A stretch of DNA of 51,966 nt, taken from positions 1 through 51,966 of the forward strand of contig DASTKD010000594.1 in assembly GCA_035716135.1 (NCBI GenBank), in the 5' to 3' direction. Below are positions 16,593-25,583 of this stretch, piece by piece. Position 1 is the stretch's first letter. Each line of letters opens with the position of its first letter. The translations under genes and the position numbers were made by a program. The stretch comes from Ktedonobacteraceae bacterium (lineage in GTDB: Bacteria; Chloroflexota; Ktedonobacteria; Ktedonobacterales; Ktedonobacteraceae). Under the pieces are notes generated by a model. It did no database searches and was not told the origin of the DNA. It saw only the letters and a list, made by a program, of their open reading frames with translations.

Positions 16593-17390
16593 TTGATAGA
16601 TTCATCACCCGATAATAAACAGACGCAGCCCCGCGACATCGCGGATCAAGCGCCCTGGACGATACGCCAGACACTGACGGGTATCGTCCTGACGATGGTA
16701 CCCTGGATGGCGCTGGCAATCGCCCTTACCAACACCGGCACCGCAACCAGTTCTTCCAAACCATTATCATTCGGCGCTGATCTCGGCGCGGCCATCATCA
16801 CCATCATATTCACGGCCATTATTGAAGGGGCTTTCCTGATCGCTCCTTTCTACTATGCCAACAAAGCTTTCCGCGACATGAGATCGCGGGCGAGGTTGGC
16901 ATTCGACGCGCTCGGTTTCCGCAAAGTCTCTCTCCGCCGCGCCGCCTACTGGATTGTAGGGCTAATGCTGGCAATCTTCGCCGTCAATTTTCTCTATTCA
17001 GCCATCATCACAGCCTTTCACCTCAACTTGCAAACCAACGACCAGGTGCTTCTGGAGCATAGCAAGCAAGAGCCATTAACAACCTACGCCACGCTTTTCG
17101 CAGCCGTGTTCATCGCGCCCTTCTGTGAAGAAATATTCTTTCGTGGCTTCGTCTTTCCGGGTCTGCGCCATCGCATGTCCGTCAGTGCGGCTATCATCGT
17201 GAGTTCACTGCTCTTCGCCATCGCGCACGCCGACCCGGCCTCATTTCCGGTACTACTGATTATCGGCCTGGCGCTGGCCTTCATTCGCTGGCGCACCGCC
17301 TCCATCTGGCCGGGCATGTTCCTGCACATGTTGAACAACAGTATTGGAGCCGTAAGCATCCTGCTGGTAATGTGGGGAGTAGTCCACTAA
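16593..17390 (+). CDS. CPBP-family (CAAX/Abi) intramembrane glutamic protease
   Basis: Motifs APFCEEIFFRGFVF (EExxxR), LLFAIAHA (FxxxH) and HMLNN, within a multi-TM protein. The TTG start from the track is uncertain. Confidence 0.85.
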   Translation: MIDSSPDNKQTQPRDIADQAPWTIRQTLTGIVLTMVPWMALAIALTNTGTATSSSKPLSFGADLGAAIITIIFTAIIEGAFLIAPFYYANKAFRDMRSRARLAFDALGFRKVSLRRAAYWIVGLMLAIFAVNFLYSAIITAFHLNLQTNDQVLLEHSKQEPLTTYATLFAAVFIAPFCEEIFFRGFVFPGLRHRMSVSAAIIVSSLLFAIAHADPASFPVLLIIGLALAFIRWRTASIWPGMFLHMLNNSIGAVSILLVMWGVVH

Positions 17391-17439
17391 CAAGCGGCAG
17401 GCACAAATGCGCGCATTTGTGCCTGCCGCTTGTTAGTGG
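17384..17439. terminator. 56-nt perfect palindrome (28-bp arms), probable bidirectional terminator between convergent genes
   Basis: CCACTAACAAGCGGCAGGCACAAATGCG | CGCATTTGTGCCTGCCGCTTGTTAGTGG. The left arm includes the CPBP stop codon, and the right arm ends 7 nt before the stop of the convergent ligase gene. Confidence 0.7.
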
Positions 17440-17446
17440 ATGGTTC

Positions 17447-18790
17447 TTACTTCTTGCGCCTGTCTTCAACACGGGCGCTGGCCGTCTTCGATTCGCCGCC
17501 ACTGGCGCGCGGCAGGCTATCAGCGGCTACCAGTTCGACATGTGGCGAGTTACCCGTGATGGTCTTGACAGCCTCGGCCATCTCGCGGGATACCGCCTGA
17601 TTGCGCGCGCTGTCGCTCAGGATAGAAGCATCTTTCACCTCAACCTTCAGGTCGAAGGTGTCGAGATCGTTTTTCTTATCCACGATGATGCGAAAGTTCG
17701 CGCCCGTTTCGGGGAACTTCACCAGCGCGGCCTCAACCTGGCTGGGGAAAACGATCAGGCCGCGAATAGAAACGGCGTCATCGCTGCGCCCCTTGATGGC
17801 GGCGATCTTGGGATGCGTGCGACCGCAGGCGCAGCGCTCTTCCCACCACACACGCGAAAGGTCGCGGCTGCGATAGCGGATCATAGCGGTGCCGTCGGCT
17901 GTGAGCCATGACCAGACCAGTTCGCCATCTTTGCCCTCTGGCATCCATTCGCCAGTATCGGGGTTGATGCACTCGACCAGGAAGGCATCGGCCCAGGCGT
18001 GCATTCCGTCGCGGGTCTCGCATTCGCAGGTCATGCCCGGCCCCAGGAATTCGGTCATGCCAAACTCGTCGTAGGCCGTGATGTTAAAGAGTTCTTCCAG
18101 CTTCATGCGCGTCTCCCAGGGCCAGGGTTCCGCGCCGAACAGCCCGAACTTGAGTTTGGTGTCTCTGAAATCGACGCCCCGCTCGCGCGCCTTGCCGCCG
18201 ACGTAGAGGCCGACCGAAGGGGTCATACACATGGAGGTGACGCCGAAATCGACGATGAAGTCGATCATGCGATCATACTGGCGCGCATCAGAACCCATCG
18301 GGATCGCCATCGCGTCCATTGCCATCGCGCCATAGTGGAAGCCGAAGCCACCCGTCGCCATGCCATAGCCGTAGCAGTTCATCAAAATATCGCCGGGGCG
18401 CATACCAGTCATCCACAGTTCGCGCGCGTTGAGATCGGCCCAGTAATCAATATCTTTCTTCGTTGCGAAAACCGGCACGCTCTTGCCTGTCGTGCCACTG
18501 GTGGCGTGAACCTCGAGCGGACCATCCTCATCGCCCGGCTTCTTGAAAGCCATACCGTAGGGGTAAGCGGCGCGTACCGTCCTCTTTTCGAGGAACGGCA
18601 ACTTCTGAATGTCCTCTAACGCCTTGATATCCGATGGCTTGACACCGGCTTCATCGTAGAGGTCACGATAAAACTGGTTCTGCGAATACGCGCGTTCGAC
18701 AATCGACTTGAGACGCTCCAACTGCAAGGCTTTGAGTTTCTGCCTGGGAAGCGTCTCCATTTCTTCATTGAAGAACTTTCGATCGCTCAT
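17447..18790 (-). CDS. phenylacetate-CoA ligase family (PaaK / coenzyme F390 synthetase-like adenylate-forming enzyme)
   Basis: N-terminus FFNEEMETLPRQKLKALQLERLKSIVERAY...FYRDLY and the AMP-binding motif HATSGTTGKSVPV. SD GGAGGTG before the ATG. Confidence 0.9.
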   Translation of the reverse strand: MSDRKFFNEEMETLPRQKLKALQLERLKSIVERAYSQNQFYRDLYDEAGVKPSDIKALEDIQKLPFLEKRTVRAAYPYGMAFKKPGDEDGPLEVHATSGTTGKSVPVFATKKDIDYWADLNARELWMTGMRPGDILMNCYGYGMATGGFGFHYGAMAMDAMAIPMGSDARQYDRMIDFIVDFGVTSMCMTPSVGLYVGGKARERGVDFRDTKLKFGLFGAEPWPWETRMKLEELFNITAYDEFGMTEFLGPGMTCECETRDGMHAWADAFLVECINPDTGEWMPEGKDGELVWSWLTADGTAMIRYRSRDLSRVWWEERCACGRTHPKIAAIKGRSDDAVSIRGLIVFPSQVEAALVKFPETGANFRIIVDKKNDLDTFDLKVEVKDASILSDSARNQAVSREMAEAVKTITGNSPHVELVAADSLPRASGGESKTASARVEDRRKK

Positions 18791-19153
18791 GAGTCACCTC
18801 CGTCATCCTACTATTACATAAGGTAAACCAGCGTGGTCTGGATGCGTTCGCAGCATCCGGTAATGCACATCATTATAGCACAACTACACCCGTTTCCACT
18901 GCCTGATTGAAGAAAGCGGTCTAATCACTCTTGTCTCACTGATTGCACCCTTGTCAATAAACTTCTTCTTCCCATCAAGGAGTAATGTTCCGATATGACA
19001 TCTAATTGTCACAAAGCTATGACGCAGAGCGATCTCATTTACATTCTATTTCCGTGATTTACAACCTGCGATGAGTTTGGGGTCAACCCGGTGTCCTATA
19101 AGTGAAAGGTGATTGACACCTTTCGTAAACCGATGAAAGGACACCATTTTATC

Positions 19154-19291
19154 ATGCAAAACTCTCACGAAAAAACCAGACAGATCTGGGTACTGATACT
19201 CGCCTCGCTGGCATCATTTATGGTTGCGCTCGATGCCACGGTCGTCGCGACTGCATTGACCACGATTCACCGGGACCTGGGCGTCTCGATC
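19154..19291 (+). pseudogene. MFS (DHA2/EmrB-QacA-type) transporter, first ~46 codons only
   Basis: WVLILASLASFMVALDATVVATALTTIHRDLGVSI is the canonical TM1 / motif region. The similarity stops abruptly at about 19291 and the rest of the ORF is antisense to the sigma gene. Confidence 0.6.
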
Positions 19292-20302
19292 GCAAATCGG
19301 GAGGCCAAAAGCGGTGAAACTGGTCACATCCAGGAACACAACGATACTGCCGATCTGTTCGCCTTCCACCCCCAGGACCCACAGGGAAGACAGCTGATAG
19401 CCGTCTTCCCCAACTTCCCGCCGGTAAATCCCGAACGCTGGACTGCCATTGGCGCGCGTTAGCAGCAGCCGCCATTGTTTGTCGGGAGTAAAGATTCGAA
19501 GCGCGAGCAGGGTAGCAATATCCGTTCGTCCGGCAACCCAGACGGGAAGCGGCGGCATGGTCAACCACGCATCCTCTCGCAGCAGCGCCGCCAGGCCAGG
19601 AACATCCGCCTGCCGCCACAGGGTCATGTAGCGATCAAGCAGGTTTTGTAATTGAGGGCGAGGCTGCGCAACCGGGGCTTCGCTTCCGTTTGCTTGATAG
19701 CGCTGATGCAACGCATGTCGGGCTCGCTGCAAAGCGGAGTTCACGGCGGGAACGGAGAGGTCAAGCCACTCGGCTACTTCAACTGCCGGCCACTCCAGCA
19801 CCTCGCGCAAGAGCAGAACAGCCCGCTGGGCAGCTGTTAAGTGCTGTAATGCTACCAGAAAAGCCAAGCTGATCTGCTCATGCCGCAACGCCTGATCTTC
19901 GGGATCACTCTGCGGATCGACAAGCAGTTCATCCGGGAACGGCTCCAGCCAGACCGGCTCCAGCAGCCGTGGCGGTGCGGGGCTGCCGGGATCGCTTGGT
20001 GGATAGATTTCTGATGGCAGGGAGCGGCGCGAAACGCTCCTGAGCCGATTGAGGCAGAGATTGGTGGCGATGCGGTACAGCCAGGCCCGGTAGGATTCCG
20101 GGCTGGTAAGGGTCGCACGCTTCTCCCAGGCACGCAGGAGCGTTTCTTGCACTAGATCTTCGGCGTCGGAGAACGAGCCGAGCATCCGATAACAATGAAC
20201 GAGCAGTTCCCGTCGGTATACGTTCACCAGGGTCTCGAACGCCGCCTGATCGCCAGCTTGAGCAGCCAGCACCAGAGCGGTTTGGGGTGGAACGTTTATC
20301 AA
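19214..20302 (-). CDS. ECF-type sigma-70 factor with an NTF2/SnoaL-like C-terminal extension
   Basis: Region 2 LVQETLLRAWEKR...YRAWLYRIATNLCLNRLR, a region 4 HTH (AAQRAVLLLREVLEWPAVEVAEWLDLSVPAVNSALQRAR) and a further ~140 aa. The last ~27 codons read antisense through the MFS stub. TTG start. Confidence 0.8.
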   Translation of the reverse strand: MINVPPQTALVLAAQAGDQAAFETLVNVYRRELLVHCYRMLGSFSDAEDLVQETLLRAWEKRATLTSPESYRAWLYRIATNLCLNRLRSVSRRSLPSEIYPPSDPGSPAPPRLLEPVWLEPFPDELLVDPQSDPEDQALRHEQISLAFLVALQHLTAAQRAVLLLREVLEWPAVEVAEWLDLSVPAVNSALQRARHALHQRYQANGSEAPVAQPRPQLQNLLDRYMTLWRQADVPGLAALLREDAWLTMPPLPVWVAGRTDIATLLALRIFTPDKQWRLLLTRANGSPAFGIYRREVGEDGYQLSSLWVLGVEGEQIGSIVVFLDVTSFTAFGLPICDRDAQVPVNRGQCSRDDRGIERNHK

Positions 20303-20433
20303 GCTCTCTTTCCTCTCATTTCATGCAAGGTCGGCTCAAATTCTTTTTACTCTCCCTCCGGGCATAGTGAAGCACCTGTTCTACGAATTTCTAACATCTA
20401 TGCCGAAAACCCTGTCGGGTTTGTGGGAGTGTT

Positions 20434-20802
20434 CTAAAAATCCCACTCCAGTTCGCATCCCAGCGCGGCGGCGATACGCTCCATGTGGGTCATAACATCA
20501 TCGAGGTACAGTTCTTTGTTCACCAGATCAACCGTGCCATCCGGGTTGAAATAGGTGGGCGGAAAAGCGAGATCGTGAGGAATGAGACGCAGGCCGCGTG
20601 GCCCAAGATCAAGCCATTGGCCGAGATCGAGGGGTTCTAATGTGCTGCGCACCAACGCTTTATCCCTGCTCACTTCAAGAGGTAAAAGTGTGCAGGACAC
20701 AGTAGTCAATCCGTAATCCATGCCAGACTGGACGTAGCAAGCGGCTACGCCATGCCTCCCTCCATCTGTAATTTTTGCATCGCTACCCGTGAGAAACAGC
20801 AT
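20434..20802 (-). CDS. hypothetical protein (122 aa)
   Basis: Clean ORF with ATG and GGAG upstream. No family recognised. Confidence 0.55.
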   Translation of the reverse strand: MLFLTGSDAKITDGGRHGVAACYVQSGMDYGLTTVSCTLLPLEVSRDKALVRSTLEPLDLGQWLDLGPRGLRLIPHDLAFPPTYFNPDGTVDLVNKELYLDDVMTHMERIAAALGCELEWDF

Positions 20803-21111
20803 ACACAGGCAGGAACTTTAACTCCATCTATTGTACCATCCCCATACCGCAGCGTCTATACAAACTCTTAGTTCATCAGGACAACTCAAAAGCCGAGGGA
20901 GTGGAAATGACAAGTCTCTTCGGTAGAACGAAAGGCATTGAAAGCTACCTTCATTCAGGAGAGACTCGTTTCCTCATCGATCGACCACGATCCATAACGA
21001 TGTAATAGATGATATAGATCTACAATTATTACGTATATTCTTCTCATTTCACTTTTTTCTCTTTCTTACATGCTCGATTAAAGAGATATCATGTCAATCG
21101 TTCCAGAAACA

Positions 21112-21140
21112 TTGACAAACGTCGTAATAGGCATTACTAT
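21112..21140 (+). promoter_or_regulatory. sigma-70-type promoter (TTGACA - 17 nt - TACTAT)
   Basis: TTGACA at 21112-21117 and TACTAT at 21135-21140, in a strongly AT-rich spacer 57 nt upstream of the CGNR gene ORF. Confidence 0.5.
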
Positions 21141-21196
21141 AATTATAATATTACATTTCGACGTACCGGCATCGAGAGTACGCACAACATGAGGAG

Positions 21197-21850
21197 ATGC
21201 ACATTAGTCGGAACAAACATGGCAAGGAGGATCGACGATCCGGGCCCAGGCAACATCCATCATCAAGGCGTGAACAGGTCCCGCTGATCAGTGAAGGTGA
21301 ACTCTGCCTCGATCTGATCAACAGTGAACATTTCGACTGTCGGGGTCGAAAGGGCGTGCAGGACCATCTCACAAATCCAGAGTGGGTGGCAGCCTTTGCC
21401 CAACACTGGCATCTGCCCGTCACGCCTCCACCCGATGCCCTGGCGATGGCGACGCTACGCGCATTACGGGCCCTGCTGCGTCAGATGTTCGAAGCGGCTG
21501 CCACCGGGCAGCCAGTCACCGACGCCCAGCTCGAGGAACTCAATGCCTTTCTGGCGTTGACGCCGGTGATGCGACAGGTCCAGCGCAGCGGCACCGGGGT
21601 ACGCTTGCAGACCATCCTGTTTCATGAGGGCTGGACAGCAGTGGCATCTCAGATCGCCGCTTCCTGGGTCAATATACTGGAAAGAATACTGCCGGCGCGT
21701 TTGAAGGTCTGTGCCAATCCCGACTGTCATTGGGTGTTTATCGATCAGAGCCATAATCTGAGCCGGTGCTGGTGCCGCCAGTGGGCTTGTGGCAATCTGA
21801 TGAAGGTGCGGCAGTTTCGAGCTCGAGCGCGAGGCAAGCCTGAGAGTTGA
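21197..21850 (+). CDS. CGNR zinc-finger (ABATE + zf-CGNR) domain protein
   Basis: C-terminal CANPDCHWVFIDQSHNLSRCWCRQWACGNLMKVRQFRAR is the CGNR signature. The exact start is uncertain because the SD abuts ATG 21197. Confidence 0.85.
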   Translation: MHISRNKHGKEDRRSGPRQHPSSRREQVPLISEGELCLDLINSEHFDCRGRKGVQDHLTNPEWVAAFAQHWHLPVTPPPDALAMATLRALRALLRQMFEAAATGQPVTDAQLEELNAFLALTPVMRQVQRSGTGVRLQTILFHEGWTAVASQIAASWVNILERILPARLKVCANPDCHWVFIDQSHNLSRCWCRQWACGNLMKVRQFRARARGKPES

Positions 21851-21926
21851 CCGGAGGGCTGTTTGCTCTTCCAGCGAGGAAAGAGGCCGTAGTAACTCTA
21901 TTTGTATTTCAGAAGGAAGCTTCTAC

Positions 21927-22982
21927 ATGCTGCCGAGAAGTTATGCGCGTCTGTTCGTGTTGGCATTGGGCATTCCCCTGATGCTGGCGATGCTGACCGC
22001 CTGCGAGCCAGGCACAACTGGTGGTGGCAGTTCTACCTCTACGCACCCACAAACGAAGGTACTCCTGACCTACCACGGGCATTCCGAACGGTCTACAGCA
22101 GTTGCCTGGTCACCCGACGGCAAATATGTTGTCTCTGGCTCCCTGGATAAGACCGTACAGGTCTGGAGCGCCACAACAGGCAAGACGCGGCTGATCTACC
22201 GGGGGCATACACGCGGGGTCCTGGCAGTGGCCTGGTCGCCCGATGGGCGGTATATCGCCTCGTCCTCCTTAGACAACACTATACAGGTCTGGGATGCCTC
22301 CACAGGCGCGCGTATCACCACCTATCGTGGTCATCAGCGGCCTGCGCAGACGCTTAGCTGGTCGCCTGATAGCCACTTAATCGTCTCAGGCTCATCCGAC
22401 CAGACTGCGCGGGTCTGGGTGGCGACGACAGGGAAAACCATCTTGACTTATCGCGGACACTCCGCTCCCGTGAATGTCGTCATGTGGTCGCCGGACGGCA
22501 AGCGCATCGCATCAGGCTCCGCAGATACAACAGTACAGGTCTGGGACGCAACGAGCGGGAAAACACTGCTGGCGTTCCGCGGGCATACGAAGCAGGTGAC
22601 TTCTCTTGCCTGGTCGCCTGATAGCGCTTCGATTATTTCAGGCTCTTTAGACAAAACGGTGCAAGTCTGGGATGCCAGTACCGGAAAGGTACGCTTTATC
22701 TATGATAGCTCTAACACCTCCGTCCCCCCTTTGGAAAACACGAAAGATGTGCTGCCGGATCTGATCAACTTCGTCGCCTGGTCACATAACGGCAAGCTCA
22801 TTGCAGCCGTCACCCAGGAATACTGCGGCGACGCGGTGGTGATGACCTGGAATGCGCAGACCGGGCATCACCTCAAGTTCTACCCGGATCTGACGATCTA
22901 CGCTATTGCCTGGTCGCCCGATGATACGCGCTTTGTAAGCGCCATCGAGATCACGGATGTGGAGATTGCGCTGGTGCCGTGA
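21927..22982 (+). CDS. WD40-repeat beta-propeller lipoprotein
   Basis: Signal peptide plus lipobox (LAMLTAC), then about 7 repeats of the form HxxxVxxVAWSPDGxxIASGSxDxTVQVWDAxTG. Confidence 0.9.
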   Translation: MLPRSYARLFVLALGIPLMLAMLTACEPGTTGGGSSTSTHPQTKVLLTYHGHSERSTAVAWSPDGKYVVSGSLDKTVQVWSATTGKTRLIYRGHTRGVLAVAWSPDGRYIASSSLDNTIQVWDASTGARITTYRGHQRPAQTLSWSPDSHLIVSGSSDQTARVWVATTGKTILTYRGHSAPVNVVMWSPDGKRIASGSADTTVQVWDATSGKTLLAFRGHTKQVTSLAWSPDSASIISGSLDKTVQVWDASTGKVRFIYDSSNTSVPPLENTKDVLPDLINFVAWSHNGKLIAAVTQEYCGDAVVMTWNAQTGHHLKFYPDLTIYAIAWSPDDTRFVSAIEITDVEIALVP

Positions 22983-23043
22983 ACACAAGAGGCAACAAGT
23001 ATATGCTATGATGAGACAAAATGAAATTGGAGCCTCTACTTAA

Positions 23044-23715
23044 ATGACGAATACCATTCAAGCGGTGATCTGGGACCTGGACGGCGTCATTATCGACAGC
23101 GCGGACGAGCATCGCCGCGCCTGGCAGCGACTGGCGCGTGAAACCGGCGTCACGCTCACCGACGCCGATTTCTGGGCCACCTTCGGCAAACGCAACGACG
23201 ACATTATCCCGCTTTTCTGGAAGAATGTTTCACCAGAGCAATTACAGGAGTTGGCGAACCGCAAAGAGGTATATTTCCGCGAATTTGTGCGCGAAGCTGC
23301 CGCGCCCCTGCCCGGCTCGATGGAACTGATGCGCGGTCTGCATGATGCAGGTTTCTCCCAGGCGCTGGCCTCCTCCACGCCTGTAGAGAACATAGCGCTC
23401 ATCAAGGAATTGCTTCACCTCGATCACTACCTGACGGCCCTCGTATCCGGCGAATCTGTCGCGCGCGGCAAGCCCGCCCCCGACATCTTCTTGCGAGCAG
23501 CCGAAGAACTGCACATGCCGCCATCCCTCTGCCTGGTAATAGAAGACGCCGTCGCGGGCGTGCAGGCCGCGCAGGCCGCAGGAATGCGCTGCATCGCTGT
23601 CACTGGCGACCGCAACCTGCCCGGATTGCGCGCCGCCGACCTGGCTGTCAGGGATTTGACCAGAATGGATGTTGAGCGCGTGCGCAACATTCCTGCCCGC
23701 GTTTCGCAGCCTTAA
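23044..23715 (+). CDS. HAD-superfamily hydrolase (beta-phosphoglucomutase-like subfamily IA)
   Basis: Motif I VIWDLDGVIIDS, SS/T motif II, K...ED motif III/IV (VIEDAVAGVQAA). Confidence 0.9.
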   Translation: MTNTIQAVIWDLDGVIIDSADEHRRAWQRLARETGVTLTDADFWATFGKRNDDIIPLFWKNVSPEQLQELANRKEVYFREFVREAAAPLPGSMELMRGLHDAGFSQALASSTPVENIALIKELLHLDHYLTALVSGESVARGKPAPDIFLRAAEELHMPPSLCLVIEDAVAGVQAAQAAGMRCIAVTGDRNLPGLRAADLAVRDLTRMDVERVRNIPARVSQP

Positions 23716-24104
23716 AAATTCGGTTTCGCGTCAGGAGGTATTTCCTGCAAGAGCCACGAATTGCCATCGGGGTCGTTGAAGCGTACATACAGGACGCCTC
23801 CCAGGTCGTCAACCTCGCCCACCGCAACGCCTCGGCCCAGCAATTCTTCGCGCACCTTGTTGATGTCCGCCACGACCAGGTGCAGCCCCTTGACCGTCCC
23901 AGGTCGCATTTCGGAAATTTCACCCAGACCGGTGCCAATCACAATCGAACAGGCCGAGCCGGGTGGCGTGAGCTGGACAACTCTCGCCCCATTCCCAGGC
24001 TGTACATCAAGGTCTGCGTGAAATCCAACCTTTTCTACGTAAAATGCTTTGGCGCGGTCAACATCAGTAACAGGGACCGGCACCAGTTCAAGTTTCATAT
24101 CCAT
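23712..24104 (-). CDS. VOC-family (glyoxalase/bleomycin-resistance fold) protein
   Basis: LELVPVPVTDVDRAKAFYVEKVGF... and ...YVRFNDPDGNSWLLQE. It overlaps the convergent HAD gene stop by 4 nt. Confidence 0.85.
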   Translation of the reverse strand: MDMKLELVPVPVTDVDRAKAFYVEKVGFHADLDVQPGNGARVVQLTPPGSACSIVIGTGLGEISEMRPGTVKGLHLVVADINKVREELLGRGVAVGEVDDLGGVLYVRFNDPDGNSWLLQEIPPDAKPNF

Positions 24105-24224
24105 CTTGCTTCCCGTCCTTTTCTACTCATTCAACTGCTTTATCGTTTGGTTTTTAACTTCTCCAAAAGTTCTGTCAGCCGCTCGTGAGAATCGTTTAAC
24201 CCTTCTTCCATATCACCTGGCGCG

Positions 24225-24800
24225 TCAGCGTGGTCGGTAACACATGCGCACCACCCCAGACTGGTACGTCTTTGCGCTTACCAGCTCCAGGTTCACCCTG
24301 TTCGTGAATACACGTTGCCCATTGCCTGTGGCAACAGGATGCACCATCAGCACGTACTCATCAATTAGACCCAACCGTGCAAATGTTTGGGCCGTGCGAA
24401 TACCGCCAGGAACCCCCAGGTCTTTGCCGGGCTGCTGCCTTATCTTTTTCACTGCTTCAACCAGATCATTATCGCTCTTCACCACGAGTAGCTCTGTATT
24501 CTCCCACTCAAGTTTCTCTTCCTGGCGCGAGATAATGAAAGGGTGTAATCTGTTCACTGCCTGTGCAATGGCAAGCTCGCCTTTTGAGACCGAAGGGTTT
24601 TTCGCGACGTTTAACCAGTATGGGATCATCCCGGAGGCCGTCGGATAGCCAATAAAGCCACTATCCATGCCTTGAAAGAAGGCAACTATGTCATCATTGA
24701 GTTCCTGGTCTGGTGCCTGTGACATCCAGTCCAGTTCACCATGCGGCCCGGAAAAGAAGCCGTCACACGTCATTGTCATAGAGAGAAACACTTTTCTCAT
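24225..24800 (-). CDS. dihydrofolate-reductase-like protein (RibD C-terminal domain family)
   Basis: MRKVFLSMTMTCDGFFSGPHGELDWM is the typical N-terminus. GGAGGAAACT precedes ATG 24800. The track start at 24824 lacks an SD. Confidence 0.85.
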   Translation of the reverse strand: MRKVFLSMTMTCDGFFSGPHGELDWMSQAPDQELNDDIVAFFQGMDSGFIGYPTASGMIPYWLNVAKNPSVSKGELAIAQAVNRLHPFIISRQEEKLEWENTELLVVKSDNDLVEAVKKIRQQPGKDLGVPGGIRTAQTFARLGLIDEYVLMVHPVATGNGQRVFTNRVNLELVSAKTYQSGVVRMCYRPR

Positions 24801-25183
24801 AGTTTCCTCCGAATCCTTACTCATCGTATTCCCTGCTTTCCTGTTTGTCTTTCATGAGTTTCTTTTTTAGAGCAGCAAACGTATCCACAAAATCATTATA
24901 AACTATTTTCTTAATTAAGTCAATACTTGAATTCGTTTTCGTTTTGAATACCGGGAAAATCAAACCAGCAACCATCACTTAGCAGCCTGTCTATCATCTT
25001 GTGCCTATGTCCTTTCAGAGTTACAATAGAACTCCCATTTCCAGTTTGAAATATGTGGTGAAGAAACAGACCTGGCGATAAAATTATCACGCTTCGCCGC
25101 CCGCAAATCAGCATGGCACACGCTCGACCATGCCTGGGAATTGCGAGATCGCCTGGGTAAGTGAAAGCATGGTGTGATCGCGC

Positions 25184-25212
25184 TTGACAAGAGCGGACAT
25201 GAATGGCACAAT
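25184..25212 (+). promoter_or_regulatory. sigma-70-type promoter for selC (TTGACA - 17 nt - CACAAT)
   Basis: TTGACA at 25184-25189 and CACAAT at 25207-25212. The tRNA 5' end lies 21 nt downstream of the -10. Confidence 0.55.
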
Positions 25213-25232
25213 ACGCCCTGTAGCAATATTAT

Positions 25233-25331
25233 GGAGGTGTAGGGGCCCCGGTGGGTCTCACCGTCTTCAAAACGGCTGGGGGGTCGCTCGGCGCGGTCCC
25301 TGGTGGGTTCGACTCCCATACGCCTCTGCCA
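25233..25331 (+). tRNA. selC: tRNA-Sec (selenocysteine, anticodon UCA)
   Basis: 99 nt. 8-bp acceptor stem (GGAGGUGU / ACGCCUCU). 6-bp D stem with a 4-nt loop (GGGCCC-CGGU-GGGUCU). Anticodon loop CUUCAAA with TCA at 25267-25269. Long variable arm (GGGGUCGC-UCGGC-GCGGUCCC). 5-bp T arm GUGGG-UUCGACU-CCCAU. Discriminator G plus encoded CCA. The block order parallels E. coli selC as I remember it. Confidence 0.9.
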
Positions 25332-25583
25332 TAGATACAGTAGCTGGCCCTGAGAATTCCACGCTAACTCCGAAAAAAGTCTGGCATAGCAGTTAAAAAA
25401 TTCCTGTCGTAACATTCAAAGTAACAGAATTAAGAGCCTGTTTTGCAATACAAGTAGCGAGAGTCCACTCTCTGCGAAAGTCGCGGCTTTGGGTTGCGTA
25501 CCGGATTTGGTGTGCCTGGGCAGAATGTCTCTTGAAGAACCCATTGGCTTTTCGATGGGAAATACCTTTGAAAAGGAAAGACT

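Noticed and set aside
24140-24211. 23-codon minus-strand ORF (MEEGLNDSHERLTELLEKLKTKR) between the DHFR-like and VOC genes
   Set aside because: There is no SD and no support other than an open frame. It is too short to evaluate without comparative data.
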